A stretch of 64,000 bases of DNA from Octopus sinensis (Eukaryota): NCBI RefSeq assembly GCF_006345805.1, contig NC_043016.1:14384001-14448000 (forward strand), written 5' to 3'. Positions 10,868-22,375 of the stretch are shown piece after piece; the stretch's first letter is position 1, and each line of letters starts with the position of its first letter. A program made the translations under genes and the position numbers. Below the pieces are notes generated by a model. That model did no database searches. It saw nothing but the letters and a program-made list of their open reading frames with translations, and was not told where the DNA came from.

Positions 10868-11422
10868 TTCCCAATTGAATTGCATTTATTTCATCTTCCA
10901 ACCAGGTTTCAACCATAGACCTAAGGCACATAAATATCAGATGTAGAGAAATTTCCTGAGAATGTGGATGGTTGATGTTAGCACAATTTTTTGAGTCTCA
11001 TAGATTGTTGGTTTCCCAGGGATTTGGTCAAAAAGCTTGTCAGTACCTTTCTTGATCATTCCCAGGCCACCTACAACAACAGGAATGGTTTTGGTTTTTA
11101 ATCGCCTTGTCCTAGACATCTCAATCTCAAGGTCCTTTTCTTTCAACAGTTTTTCAAATTCTTTTGCTGAGACATTTCTATCACTAGGTACTGTCATGTC
11201 AATTAACAGGCATGTTTTTTGTTTTAGGTCTTTGATGATGATGTCTGGTCTGTTAGTATTTATTTGCCTGTCTCTATGTATTCCATAATCCTATAGGATA
11301 GTAACATTCTCTCCCTCAGTGACTGACTCTGGATGGTGTTCATACCAGTTCTTACAGTGCAGAATACCAGTGATGGCATATTCTCCAGTCCAAGTATTGA
11401 CCAACAGGATCATGTCTGGTCT
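10864..11422 (-). mobile_element. 3' end of an R4/Dong-type (RLE-encoding) non-LTR retrotransposon embedded in (TAA)n
   Basis: Minus strand RHDPVGQY..WYEHHPESVTE..RPDIIIKD..LIDMTVPSDRNVSAKEFEK..TIPVVVGGLG..ILRK (PD..D-x-K RLE-type motif); (TAA)n on both sides (10798-10863, 11423-11437). Confidence 0.75.
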
Positions 11423-11596
11423 TTATTATTATCATTACATTCTAAATACAAATTCCACCAAGGTTGACTTTGCCTTTCATCCTTTTGGTGTCGATAAATT
11501 AAGTACCAGTTATGCAATGGGGTTGATGAAATTGACTGTCCCCCTCCTCACAAAATTCAGACCTTGTGCCCATAGTAGAAAGGATTATTATTAATA

Positions 11597-12010
11597 AGGT
11601 AGTGAGCTGGCAGAATCGTTAGCGTACTGGACAAAATACTTAGTGGTATTTTGCCCATCGCTACATTCTGAGTTCAAACTCCACCAAGATTTGACTTTGC
11701 CTTTTATCCTTTCAGGGTCGATAAAATAGTACCAGTTGAACATTGGGGGTTGGTGTAATTGACTCATCCCCTCCCCCAAAACTGCTGCCCTTGTGGCAAA
11801 ATTTGAAACCATTAAAAGTGGCAAGCTGGCAGAATCATTAGCATGCTGAACAAAATGCTTAGCAGTATCTCACCTGTCGCTATGTTCTGAGTTCAAATTC
11901 TGCCTAGGCCAACTTTGCCTTTTATCCTTTTGGGTTGATGTAATAAATAGACTAGACTTCCCCCCCACCACCACCACCACCAAATTTCAGGTCTTGTGCC
12001 CATAGAAGAA
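11597..12010 (+). mobile_element. tRNA-derived SINE family C, two tandem copies here plus a partial at 11445-11585. Other approximate copies: 10085-10290, 28395-28615, 36600-36870, 37455-37610, 41535-41745, 42440-42650
   Basis: gagctggcagaatcgttagc..ctgagttcaaattcc..gactttgcctttcatcc..gtcgataaaataagtaccag; ends in (att)n. Confidence 0.85.
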
Positions 12011-12329
12011 AGGATTATTATTATTATTATTGTGTTGCTGATTGCTTGGAATGATAAAATTATGTTTTGTTCATGTTTAGAATAAAAATGGTGGATGTTT
12101 CTAATAACTGGATAATTATAATTCTTCCTGTACATAAATAATTATTTCTGTGTTGTGTCTTGTGGACTTATTTTAGAAAGGTGGGAGGAATCTGTTTTTA
12201 ATTTTTCTCTCCATTGTCTAGAGATAAAAAAAAAAGACAGTTTTGAACAGTTTTTGTTTAACATTCATCCAAAACCACATGAAGGCAATCCCCACTCAAT
12301 AACTTAAGCAATGAGGACCAAATACAAAA

Positions 12330-13500
12330 ACTGTCAGCCCAAGCTAGTTGGACAGCAGTGTGGTTTCCATCCTGAACACAGCGCAACTGACCAGATGTTC
12401 ACTCTGTTGCAGGTCTTAGAGAAATTGTAGGAATACTGCCAAGAAGTGTACACTTGCTTTTTAGACCTCAAAGTAGTGTATGACTGCATGCCGTGAAAAG
12501 TTTTACAGAAATTTGGGATTACTAGGCAACCGTTGGTTGCTCTGAAGCCCCTAATATGAATGCCAGATCTTTTTGTTCTGATAAACCATGCTAAGTGAAA
12601 ACCTCCCAATGTGGGTGTCATGCTTTGACAGGGGTATTCTCACTTACCTGTTTCCTAATTTCTATGAACTGGATTGACATGCACAACCATTGTGGAAATG
12701 GTATCACAATCGGTGTGTGTAGGATCGGTCAGCTGATATTTAGATGCAACAAGGTGTTGCTTGGTTCATCAGAAGATGATCTCAAGCATACATTGAATGG
12801 GTTCAAGATGCCAAGTGCTGCAAGGCAGGGATGAGAATTAATGTTGCAAAGACTGAGACATTGGTCCTCTCAAGAAAGTCTTCCCACTAAGGGGGCCTTA
12901 TTTATGAGTGATTGAAAGTAGGAAGAGGAATTGGATGTTAGAATTGCAGGTTCTGGCACAGTTATGCACCAGCTCCAGTGTTTGAATCTCAGAAGAGGAG
13001 AGGCTCATAAAAAAAGCCAAACTTGCTACCTTCAACTCGGTTTTCATGCCTATCTTCACCAATGGGCATGAATTTTGGACATATGACCAAAAGAGTATGA
13101 TTGTAGATACAAGTGCTGCAATGGGGGGTTCCTCCAAAGTGTCTCTGGAGCAACATTACTTGACAGGATGCTTAGAGATCAGGTCATTTTTCCAGATTGA
13201 GCCACTAATTCTCTGCGTTAAGAAGTCACAGCTCCGGTGTTTACAGACATAATTAGAATGTCAGAGGAAAGAATCACAAGATGGATTCTTCAAGCCAAGC
13301 CAAGTGGCAGGAGACCTAAATGTAGACCAAGAACAAGATGGTTTGATAATATCCATAGGCTTAGTTGGCCACAGTTGGAAAGTATAATGATGTTTGCTTC
13401 TGATAAAATTCCATGGAATTCTGATAGAACTCCATAGAGTCCCATTGGAATTCTATCTCCATGGTCCTTCCAAGAATAGTGGACAGAGAAGACAGATGAA
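12330..13500 (+). mobile_element. Degenerate RTE-type LINE RT fragment
   Basis: QQCGFHPEHSATDQMFTL, CFLDLK, ..PSGRRPKCRPRTRW; many stops. Confidence 0.75.
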
Positions 13501-13574
13501 TTGATGAAACTTATTTAGACATGCAAATGGTAAAAATTTAAATGAAAAAGAATATATTGAAATACTCCCCTGGC

Positions 13575-13755
13575 ACGTAAAAAGCACCCACTACACTCGC
13601 AGAGTGGTTGGCGTTACCAAGGGCATCCAGCTGTAGAAACACTGCCAGATCAGACTGGAGCCTGGTGCAGCCCCTGGCTTCCCAGACCCCGGTCGAACCG
13701 TCCAACCCGTGCTAGCGCGGAAAACGGACGTTAATCGATGATGATGATGATGATT
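13575..13755 (+). mobile_element. SINE family B with RTE-like 3' tail ending (gat)n. Other approximate copies: 4250-4350(-), 5230-5470(+), 17445-17700(-), 20040-20240(+), 25740-25890(-), 26340-26565(+), 30065-30620(-), 31465-31860(-), 42240-42430(-), 43300-43570(-), 45895-46200(-), 48660-48790(-), 48975-49175(+), 51320-51540(-), 52855-53140(-), 55497-55960(-), 60870-61000(+), 62140-62365(+)
   Basis: Shared ggcattaggaagggcatccagctgtagaaac..ccaacccatgctagcatggaaaacggacgttaaa(tga)n. Confidence 0.85.
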
Positions 13756-13829
13756 TAGAAAAAAAATATTACAAATTTCAAGAGAAAAAATAGCACCTTA
13801 ATTGGAATCAATTAAAAATATATAAATGA

Positions 13830-14320
13830 AGGAAATTATGAATTTATTTAGAATTTATATATTAAAAGTTTTTAATGGAATAAAAAAAATTAGCATTGTA
13901 TGTAGAATTTAAAGCATTAAAAATTGAAAAAAAAATCAACTTTTTTTGATTTAAAGAGTTAAAAACTTTCTGTTATAATTTACTGTTAGAATTTACTTGT
14001 AAAAATTATGAGCTTTTTAAGAATTTAGTGTTAAAATTTAAATACAAATAAAATTTATCAACTTATTTAGAGTTTAAATGTTAAAAACTTTATTAGAATT
14101 TAAAGAATAATGAATGTTTTAGAAATGATCAGCTTATTTAGATTTGGATTTTTAAAAGTGTTAAAAATCCAAATGAATAAAAAATATAAAATTATTTAGA
14201 ATTTAATGTGATGAAAGTTTAATTGAAAAATGATCAATTAGTTTAGAATTTAAAATGTTAAAAATTTTAAACAGAATAAAACTTCAACTTCTTTGGAATT
14301 TAACATGTTAAAAATTTGTT
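13830..14320 (+). repeat. AT-rich degenerate satellite, core ttatttagaatttaaaatgttaaaaa
   Basis: About a dozen recurrences of tagaattt(a) at irregular spacing. Confidence 0.7.
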
Positions 14321-14559
14321 TTATGATTAAGTTTAGATACAAACAAAATAGTCTAAAAACGACTAGGCTATTTAAATTGGTAGAATTCAGATGTTTTGAT
14401 AATTGCATTTCTCAGCACAATTTTACATTCACATAAAATAGTTTTCTGCAGCTATACTTAAAAAAAAATTTATAGTTCCAGTCATGAGGAAAGGTCTGTC
14501 TCATGACCTTCACCAAATCCTCCAAGACTGGTGCCGTTTAGTTTCAGCTTAAATAGTTG

Positions 14560-15390
14560 TAAGTTGATACCTGTACGAATAAAAAAACATGGGTGAGAGT
14601 GCTATATCAGGGTGCTGACGTTTCATGGCAGAACTGGGGAAGTGTTTTGTGCAAACTAGGAAGCTGGGTAAATAGAAAACGAGAGAATGCAATGTGATGT
14701 GTGTTGGGAGGGTTTGGGTGGAAGGGATATGAAAGTGTGAAGAGTAGAGATCCTTGTAGTTGTGTTAGAAAAATCAGAACGAGAAGACAGAACAGCTGTG
14801 GGCCTATGGCTAGGGTTAGAGTAAATTGGTGAGCGAGTCCTTGCCAATCAACTGGATGGCCTTCATTTAGATGCTATCTGGGATATTTGCTTGTGTAGCA
14901 GCAATACTATTCAAAATGTGGGAGCAGTTTTCCATTGTGGGTCTCGGTTGGTCTTTGTAAAGACAAGGACCTGTTCAGAAGCTGAAATGACTTTTGGTTT
15001 TTGAAGAGGAAGCTCATTGATGATTAGGAAGTGACTGGATAATCCAAACATGCAGAGTCAGTGATGGATTAAACGATTTTGGAGATGAGGAAGTGCTCTC
15101 AGATATTTGGTCTTTAATATCAGTTAGAGATGTGTGTAGAGGATCCTAATTACTGCAGAGTGTTGAAGATTGCAAAAGATTCTTCTTCTGCACCAACTGC
15201 ATCAATGTGGAAAGAATGAAAGAGCCAAGAAGAGTTGAAGTCACCAAAGACAATGATTTCAAAGAGATGTAATATGTGGTGGATGCCCTTAGTGCAGTAG
15301 GACAGTTTTTGGTTGCTAGAGAAGTGAGAGAGTTGGAGAGGAAGCAGTGACTTTTCATGAGATTAACTGAAAGTCCTTAGAGAAAGTGGA
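14560..15390 (-). mobile_element. CR1/L2-type LINE, APE endonuclease remnant
   Basis: Minus-strand IIVFGDFN motif followed by a degenerate endonuclease-like stretch. Confidence 0.6.
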
Positions 15391-16039
15391 GTTTATATAT
15401 ATATATATATACAGACACCACCTTTCAGAATGTAGTCTGGGCAGTAGAGATGGGCTATTAGTAAGGGCAGAACAGCTCATGTGGTTTGCGCAATTGTTAT
15501 TTAACACTCAATCAGATTTGACTGAACAGGTTTCTAATCTGCTCAATCATGACCACATTGTCTTGTTTTCAAGATTTTTTCCAGGATTGCGTCTTTCTTC
15601 TCTTAGACAGTAGAATGTGATTTGAGGGCTATTTGGCTAATATTTCAAGTCAATCCAGCAACTACATAGAGGTGTATGGGTGCCATATCTAAGGTACCAG
15701 CTGTAGTGGTGTTGTCTTATTGGACTCAGAGGTAAGTGATCCCTGATGAATCTATGAAAAGCAAAACTAGATAGATGACCTTCACTTCTAATTGATTAAT
15801 TTCCTGTGGTTTATCGACAGGTTATTTTCTCACAAGTGAAACAAATGATTACAGGTAAGTTCACCACCATCAATTCACTGGGAGGAAAGTTTATCAAGAA
15901 AATATATCCATAATACCTCACCAGTAATAGTTAAAAACTATTTTATTGAAAAAAAGGAATGGTGAATTGATGACAATGAATTTTCCTTGTGGTAAACTGA
16001 TGATGGGGAACTGATGACAAAACTTGTCCTGGCTTAGGA

Positions 16040-16665
16040 AACATTCAAAGAAATCAACTGGATCTGCTCCATGATGTGATCAGCTTGGTGTGCTTTTATC
16101 AGGTGTCAGAAGACAGGGCACCCACCCACCAAGCAGAAACCTTTGTCCTGCCAAATACACTGGACAGAATATTCTCAACTCTTTCATGGGAAATGTTCAT
16201 AACATTAGCTATTTGATTTATAGTCAATCTCCTGTCGTCCATCACCATGTGGTGAACACAATCAATGTTTTCCTTGGTGGAAGGAGTTGCAGTACGTCCA
16301 GAACTTGGGTCACCTTCAAGATTCTCTCTCCCCCTCCTCAATACAGCAGCCCACTTTTGAACTGTTGATAAAGCTGGAGCATCATCCCCTAATGTAGCAA
16401 TCACATCTGCATGAATGTCCTTGGTGGGGAGCTAAACCCTTTTGCTGTATGCACTTGATAACTCTACAATGCCAAATTCTGTCCATTCTTAAGAAAAATC
16501 ACTATTAGTTACTTTTGAAGTGTTCTTTGAACAATTAGATATCAGTTTACCTGGAAAGAAACAATCCAGTTATTAATAAGAAGTGTTGTAATTAATGTAT
16601 GCAAGATTTCACAGCTCTAGCATCACTCCTTCATAGTCAGTTCATGAACTTTTCAGCCCACCTTA
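16040..16665 (-). mobile_element. mariner transposon 5' half (HTH region)
   Basis: LGDDAPALSTVQKW..SGR..DRRLTINQIA..TKVSAWWV (degenerate WVP motif); terminus taaggtgggctgaaaagttcat on the minus strand. Confidence 0.8.
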
Positions 16666-16714
16666 TATATATCTGTCTGTCTGGCTGTCTATCTATCTGT
16701 CTCTCTATCTATCT

Positions 16715-16835
16715 GCCTGCCTACCGGAGTAAACACATAAATGTGAAACAAGGTGGAAGAAAGAGTACTCAAATACCAGTGGTAGAGTAGTATGCTTTAT
16801 TTAAAGCAGCAGCAAATTCAACAAATTCTAGCAAA
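16715..16835. mobile_element. Possible Penelope-like element terminal fragment
   Basis: ggagtaaacacataaatgtgaaacaaggtgg..gagtactcaaatacc recalled from cephalopod repeat ends; not verified. Confidence 0.3.
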
Positions 16836-16999
16836 TTCTTTTTTCCCATCTAGAACTTTCACTGAATTGTCAATCTAATCTATTAAATGTGTACACCCAA
16901 TCGACTTTTGTTGTTGTTTCCTGTATTTTTTTTCATTTTGGATTTGCCTGTGTGTGTGGGGGTGTGCACGCGTGTGCATGTGTGTGTGTGCGTATGCAT

Positions 17000-17240
17000 G
17001 GTTAGGTGTGTTGCCCTCACAATCGCTAGACCATAGGTTCAATTCCTAGATCGACCTGCATATTGTGATCTTGAGCAAAAACATTTCATTTCACATTGCT
17101 CCAGCCCCTTTTGATCAGGAGAGAAATATTGACTTGCTCACCTAGCCAGTGGGGTGGCACCATTTGAAGACTAAAATGATTCAAAGTGTATAGTGACCAG
17201 TGATGTGTAACAACATCTGATAGTCTGGTCAGTCATGTGA
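17000..17240 (+). mobile_element. tRNA-derived SINE (fourth family)
   Basis: ggttcaattcctag B-box-like motif, cttgagcaa..ttcacattgctccag core shared with the repeat at ~10300-10600. Confidence 0.6.
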
Positions 17241-17393
17241 TAAATATATATATATATATATATACAGTAATACCTCACTTTACAAGGATCTGCTTTATGA
17301 GCTTTTTTGAGTTTTATTTTCTGTTTACAAGTTTTTGCTCTACAAGTATTCTCCAGGAACAAATAAAGTTGTACATTGAGGCATTAATGTGTC

Positions 17394-17446
<53 letters not shown>

Positions 17447-17699
17447 TCATCATCATCGTTTAACATCTGCTTTCCATGCTAGCATGGATTGGACGGTTTG
17501 ACCAGGGTCTGGGAAGCCAGGAGGCTGCACCAGGCTCCAGTCTGATCTGGCAATGTTTCTACAGCTGGATGCCTTTCCTAACGCCAACTACTCCGTGAGT
17601 GTAGTGGGTGCTTTTTACGTGCCACCTGCACAGGGGCCAGGGGAGGTTGGCAATGGCCATGGTCAGTTGGTGCTTTTTACATGCCACCGGCATGAAAAG

Positions 17700-19330
17700 C
17701 TATTGAATGTGGAGAATGAATGAGAGAAAGGTAATCTCCCCCATGGAACCCTAGTTGACAGATAAGGCAATCAAAGATATGAAAACAGGGAAGGCTCCTA
17801 GTTCATAAAGAGTTACTGCTGAGATGTTTAAAATATCTTGTAGAGTAGGGTATGGTCCAGTCACTTGTATAGTTAATCAGGTTATTTAGGAAAGTGTAAT
17901 CTTTAGAGACTGGTGTAGCAGCATCATAGTCAGCTTCTACAGGAGTAAGGAAGATGTCTTAGATAGAAGTAATTATAGAGGCATTAAATTGCTGGATCAT
18001 GCGATGAGAGTTATGGAAAGAGTCATAGCCCAATTAATTAGGAACAGAATTAGGCTAAATGAAATGCAGTTTGGCTTTGTTTTGGGGAGAAGCACTGCTG
18101 ATGCTATTTTCATAGTCAGACAACTGCCAAGAGAAGCATTTGGCTATGAATAAGCCATTTGTTGATCTGGAGAAAGCTACCAACAGAGTGTTTCTGAGGA
18201 AGTTTGACAAATGGCTTGTGGAAGTAATACATGCCATGTACAGGTGTGTGGTTAGTAAAGTAAGAGTTAGCCATGAGTACAGTGACAAATTTAGTGTATT
18301 GGTAGGTGTTCACCAAGGCTTGGTCCTCAGCCACCTCCTATTCATCATTGACCTCTTGGCCATAACAGAGGAACTGAAGACCGGCTGCCCATGGGAGCTA
18401 CTATATGCTGATGATCTTACTCTCAAAACAGAATCTGTAAGAGAACTAGAAAAGAAATTCCTTGTGTAGAAGCAAAACCTGGAATTGAAGGGCCTCAAAG
18501 TTAATTTAGCAAAGACCAAGGTCATAGTAAGTAAGAAAATGGACAAGATCCTGACATCTTCAGCTCAATGGCCCTGTTCAATATATAGGAAAAGTGTAGG
18601 CAGAAATTCCATTTGGTGTACCAAGAGTAAATTATGGACACACAAGAGGTGCAGTGGAATAATAGGAAGCTTAACAGAGAAAGCAGTGTTTGTATGTGGC
18701 AGATACACAGGTGCCATAAAGTCTACAGATACATGGGAAATGTCCTGTAAACTCTCTAAAGGTAATGGATAATTTCTGCTACTTAGGTGACCTAATTAAC
18801 AGAGGAGGAGGATGTCCCAAAAGTGTAATTACTAGATTAAGAATCAGATGGAGACAGTTCAGAGGGCTTTTTACCTCTGTTGGCAACTGAAGGTCTTTCT
18901 CTCCAAGTGAAAGAAAGATTGTATGATGCATGTGTATGAACTGCAATGCTACATGGTAGTAAGACATGGGCTCTGAATACAGAGGACATGTGAAGACTAG
19001 AGAGGAATGAAGCTAGTATGCTCTGCTGGATGTACAATGTCAGTACATCTGTGTAATGGAGTGCTAGTGTATTTATTGAGAGAAAAATTAAGCATAAAAA
19101 AATTTTTGATGCAGGTTTGGTCATGTGATGCATATGGATGAGAATAGTTGCATAAAGAAATGCTGGTCACTAAAAGTGAATGGGACTTGTGGAAGAGGGA
19201 CATCCAGGAAGACATGGAACAAAGTATTGAAGGCTGATCTCAGAATGCTGAGCTCTATGAAGAAGATGACAAAAGAGTGAGATATCTGATACCTTGCTGT
19301 ACTCAAGAAAACCCATCCACCACAGCAGAA
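17700..19330 (+). mobile_element. Degenerate RTE-type LINE ORF2 fragment, same family as 55960-57865
   Basis: SNYRGIKLLDH, MQFGFV, FVDLEKA, GVHQGLVLS, ELLYADDL, KGLKVNLAKTK; frameshifted. Confidence 0.85.
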
Positions 19331-19344
19331 CTGATATCCTAAAA

Positions 19345-20040
19345 CCACTTGACCATGAGGAGCTCTGCCTCATCAACCTTTTCTCATCACATTTCATACC
19401 ATAATACCCATTACTTCTCTATCACCTGAGAGCAGAATAGGAACATGCTACATTTTCCTGCATTCTTAGTCACTTTCTTCCCCACCCTGAGCCACTTCCA
19501 TTTCTCATTATCTTCCCCTGCCCACTGTCTCCACCAGTCATCCCCATTCTGCACCTTCTCCCCCAATGTGAGGTTCTCACCTTGCTTATCTGCTATCAAC
19601 CTCAATGCCCTTCACATATTTACTGCAACTCCTACCCTCGTGCTTCTCCAGGTTTTTCTCCATCATTTCCCATGGTCATCTCTATCCCGCTTACTCAGCC
19701 AGTTCAAACCTCTGTATTACTTACTTCATATATACCCCCCCCCAAGTCTCTTGGGGGCAAGTTCTGACACATCTTTGTACTATTTCTTTCACTATCACTC
19801 TCCTTATCTTATCTCATCTTTAACTCACTTTCCTCTCCTTTCAAACTGGGGTATCCATGTATCTACAGCAAGACACATATCTTTGTACCCCTATATCTTT
19901 AGTCTCTCATCTAGCATAAAGCCATCCCCCAATACTTCTCCCCACTCCCAGTTGAAGTGGTGTGGTCTTTGCTTTCTTTTTTTTTTATCCTGCAAGGTAA
20001 CCCTGTCAAAGTCGAAAAACCACTGTTACTGGTTCCACGT
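19345..20040 (-). mobile_element. Purine-rich LINE remnant (probably the 5' part of an RTE), minus strand
   Basis: GA-rich minus strand contiguous with an RTE-tail SINE; no intact motif recovered. Confidence 0.45.
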
Positions 20041-20602
20041 AAAAAGCACTCAGTACACTTTGTAAAGTGGTTGGCATTAGGAAGAGCATACAGTTGTAGA
20101 AACCATCCCAAAACAGACAATGGAGCCTGACATGGTTCCTGACCCTGCCAACTCCTGTCAAACCATTCACCCAATCCATGCCTGCATGGAAAACGGACGT
20201 TAAAAGGTGATGATGATGATGATGATGATGGTGATGATGTTAACGATTTTAAAATAATGTTCAGAGGAACATTATTTACATGTGACAAACCAGAGAAAAC
20301 ATTTGGGGATTATGAACTTCAAGGAGATGGCTTCTAGAAGAATAAATATACGAAAATAGAAATGGAAGGGGCTTGTTATTTTTATTCAAGCTAAGCAAGG
20401 AATTTCTTAGGACTCCTTAAAATTCAAGAAACGTGTGCATTTGAATACAAGATAAAAAATAAAAGTAATGACATGTTAGTAGTAGTGTCCTTCTATCGAA
20501 ATAACCCTATTAGGAATAATTGCTTCTAGCTTTGGCACAAGGCCACAAATTTTGTAAGGATGAAAAACGAAGTTGACCTCAGGGAGATTTGGATTCAGAG
20601 TG

Positions 20603-20759
20603 CACTAGCGTAGCTAGAGTGTGTGCTGCCCGGGGCGGCCCTTCCATTTGCTGCGCTCGGACCCCACAAAAAGACACATACTGCCTACAGCATGTCCAAA
20701 AGTTGTGTCCCTTTAAAGTGCAACCCGAGGCAGACCGTCCCGCACTAGCTACACTAGTG
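20603..20759. mobile_element. GC-rich 157-bp MITE-like element
   Basis: 15-bp TIR cactagcgtagctag / ctagctacactagtg (1 mismatch); no clear TSD. Confidence 0.6.
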
Positions 20760-21949
20760 TCCGAATATAAAGAATCAGAAGACATAGCATAGGGCATTTT
20801 GTAAATCTTGTGAATAATAACCGTTTCTAATATAAGCACAAGGCTAACAAATTTGAGAGGAAATAGTTAGTTGATGCTATCGAGTCTGGCACTTTACTTT
20901 ATCCATTCCACCCTAGTGAAAGAAAAGTCGCCAAGATGGTATTTGAACGCAGAAAGTAAAGGAGCTGGGTGAGATAAAGAAGGCATCTTTATACGACACT
21001 CTAACAATTCTGCCAATTCACCAACCAGAGAACAAAACCAAATGAGGAAGAATTCGCCACAAGACTAAGGCAAGCCTACAACTAGATGCGGTCTGTGAGT
21101 AAGTGATGGTTGTTACGCTGTCTGCTACTGAGTCATTGACCCACCTTCAATCCGGTGTTGGATTTCACCAAAGTTTATCCTCATCGAGTCCACTTTTTCT
21201 TTTCCTTTTTTCTGATGAATAATAGATGTAAATCCTTCGTGCTCGATGTTTAGAATCCTTTTAGACATGTCAGGTTTGGAACGATAGAAATATATGGAAA
21301 TTGTAATCTACTCAACATGACAGAGATAGATAGAAACAAAATAAATAAATAAATAAAGGTTAACTTTCATCCCGAGAATTTTTTTTAAAAACTAAGTTTC
21401 TAAGCGAGCACACATGTCTACACACCCTTATTACACGTTCCATAATACGCTCTCACCTTGTTTACACCTCCTCCCCATCTTATTTACTCATCACTAACCG
21501 GGCTAGAACTACTCAAATTATTAGTTACACGATCTCTACAAGCAACATCCCTAACATAACATCAAAAAAACTTCTATTTCATGAAATAAAACGTGTTTTA
21601 CTAACTGCGATCTTACTCTGTTCCATCGCATCACAACGTTCACGTTAACAACTGGAATTTAAGTGCAGCACATTCAAAGTATAAAATTTGAAGTGGGGAC
21701 TTGGATTATAATTGACAGAGGAACGGATTGAGGTAATATTTAACTTACTGGCACCTGCTTTTAAAGAACTAGTACGGAGAAAAATACAGTAAAATAATAT
21801 AGCCCGAGAGCTGTGTTTACGTTATAATGACTTTAGGACTTATATAATAGGAATTAACCGGTTTCCCTTAATCGGTTGATCTATCTTGTTTACAAGCAAA
21901 TAATTATTATGGTAAATTGTTGCTAAGAAATTGTTTTCTCGTTAAACAA

Positions 21950-22293
21950 TAAAAAATATTAACTTTCTATTTGTAAATAAAAAAGCCAACGAAATCTTAT
22001 AACGGAGTTCGGAAAGTGACCTTCGGGAGGTCAAGTTGTAATCTCGATTCCAATATAAAAAAATAGATTTGTTTGTGGTACATTTCTCACAAACCGCTAC
22101 CACTCTAATGAATTAGTACTTCTTCTTCCTTTATAATTGTGTTGTATTGTTAGAGTTTGTAAATCGAAATCATTGGCTGGATTTAATAAAAGTTCCAAAT
22201 TAGTTCGAGAGTAAGCAACGACTTCATTTAGTTTCCTGCTACGTCCGCCTCACACGTGCTCCTTTGAACAAGATTTGCAGACAGTTCAGAATT
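21950..22293 (+). promoter_or_regulatory. Probable CLUH proximal promoter / 5' UTR
   Basis: Repeat-free, CpG-retaining sequence directly before the ATG; ATTGG (reverse CCAAT) 22172-22176, CACGTG 22253-22258, TGACCT-n5-AGGTCA 22017-22033; TSS not determinable. Confidence 0.5.
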
Positions 22294-22375
22294 ATGGCTG
22301 GGATCTCTGCTGTGGATGATAACAACCACGTTGAAAAAGAATCACAAACTTCAACAAAAACCGAAAGTGAACAAG
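22294..22375 (+). CDS. CLUH: CLUH exon 1 ([27 protein letters not shown])
   Basis: ATG in a CpG-retaining unique region; donor caag|gtgtgt phase 1 matches the exon 2 phase; the peptide itself is not conserved, so it is less certain than internal exons. Confidence 0.7.

Noticed and set aside
19445-20065. 206-aa ORF
   Set aside because: Antisense reading of a purine-rich LINE remnant; low-complexity Ser/Leu/Phe/Pro content and no splice or domain support.
20850-21950. Possible divergent gene or extra exon upstream of CLUH
   Set aside because: No ORF or paired splice sites that I could support; a non-coding exon cannot be excluded without transcripts.
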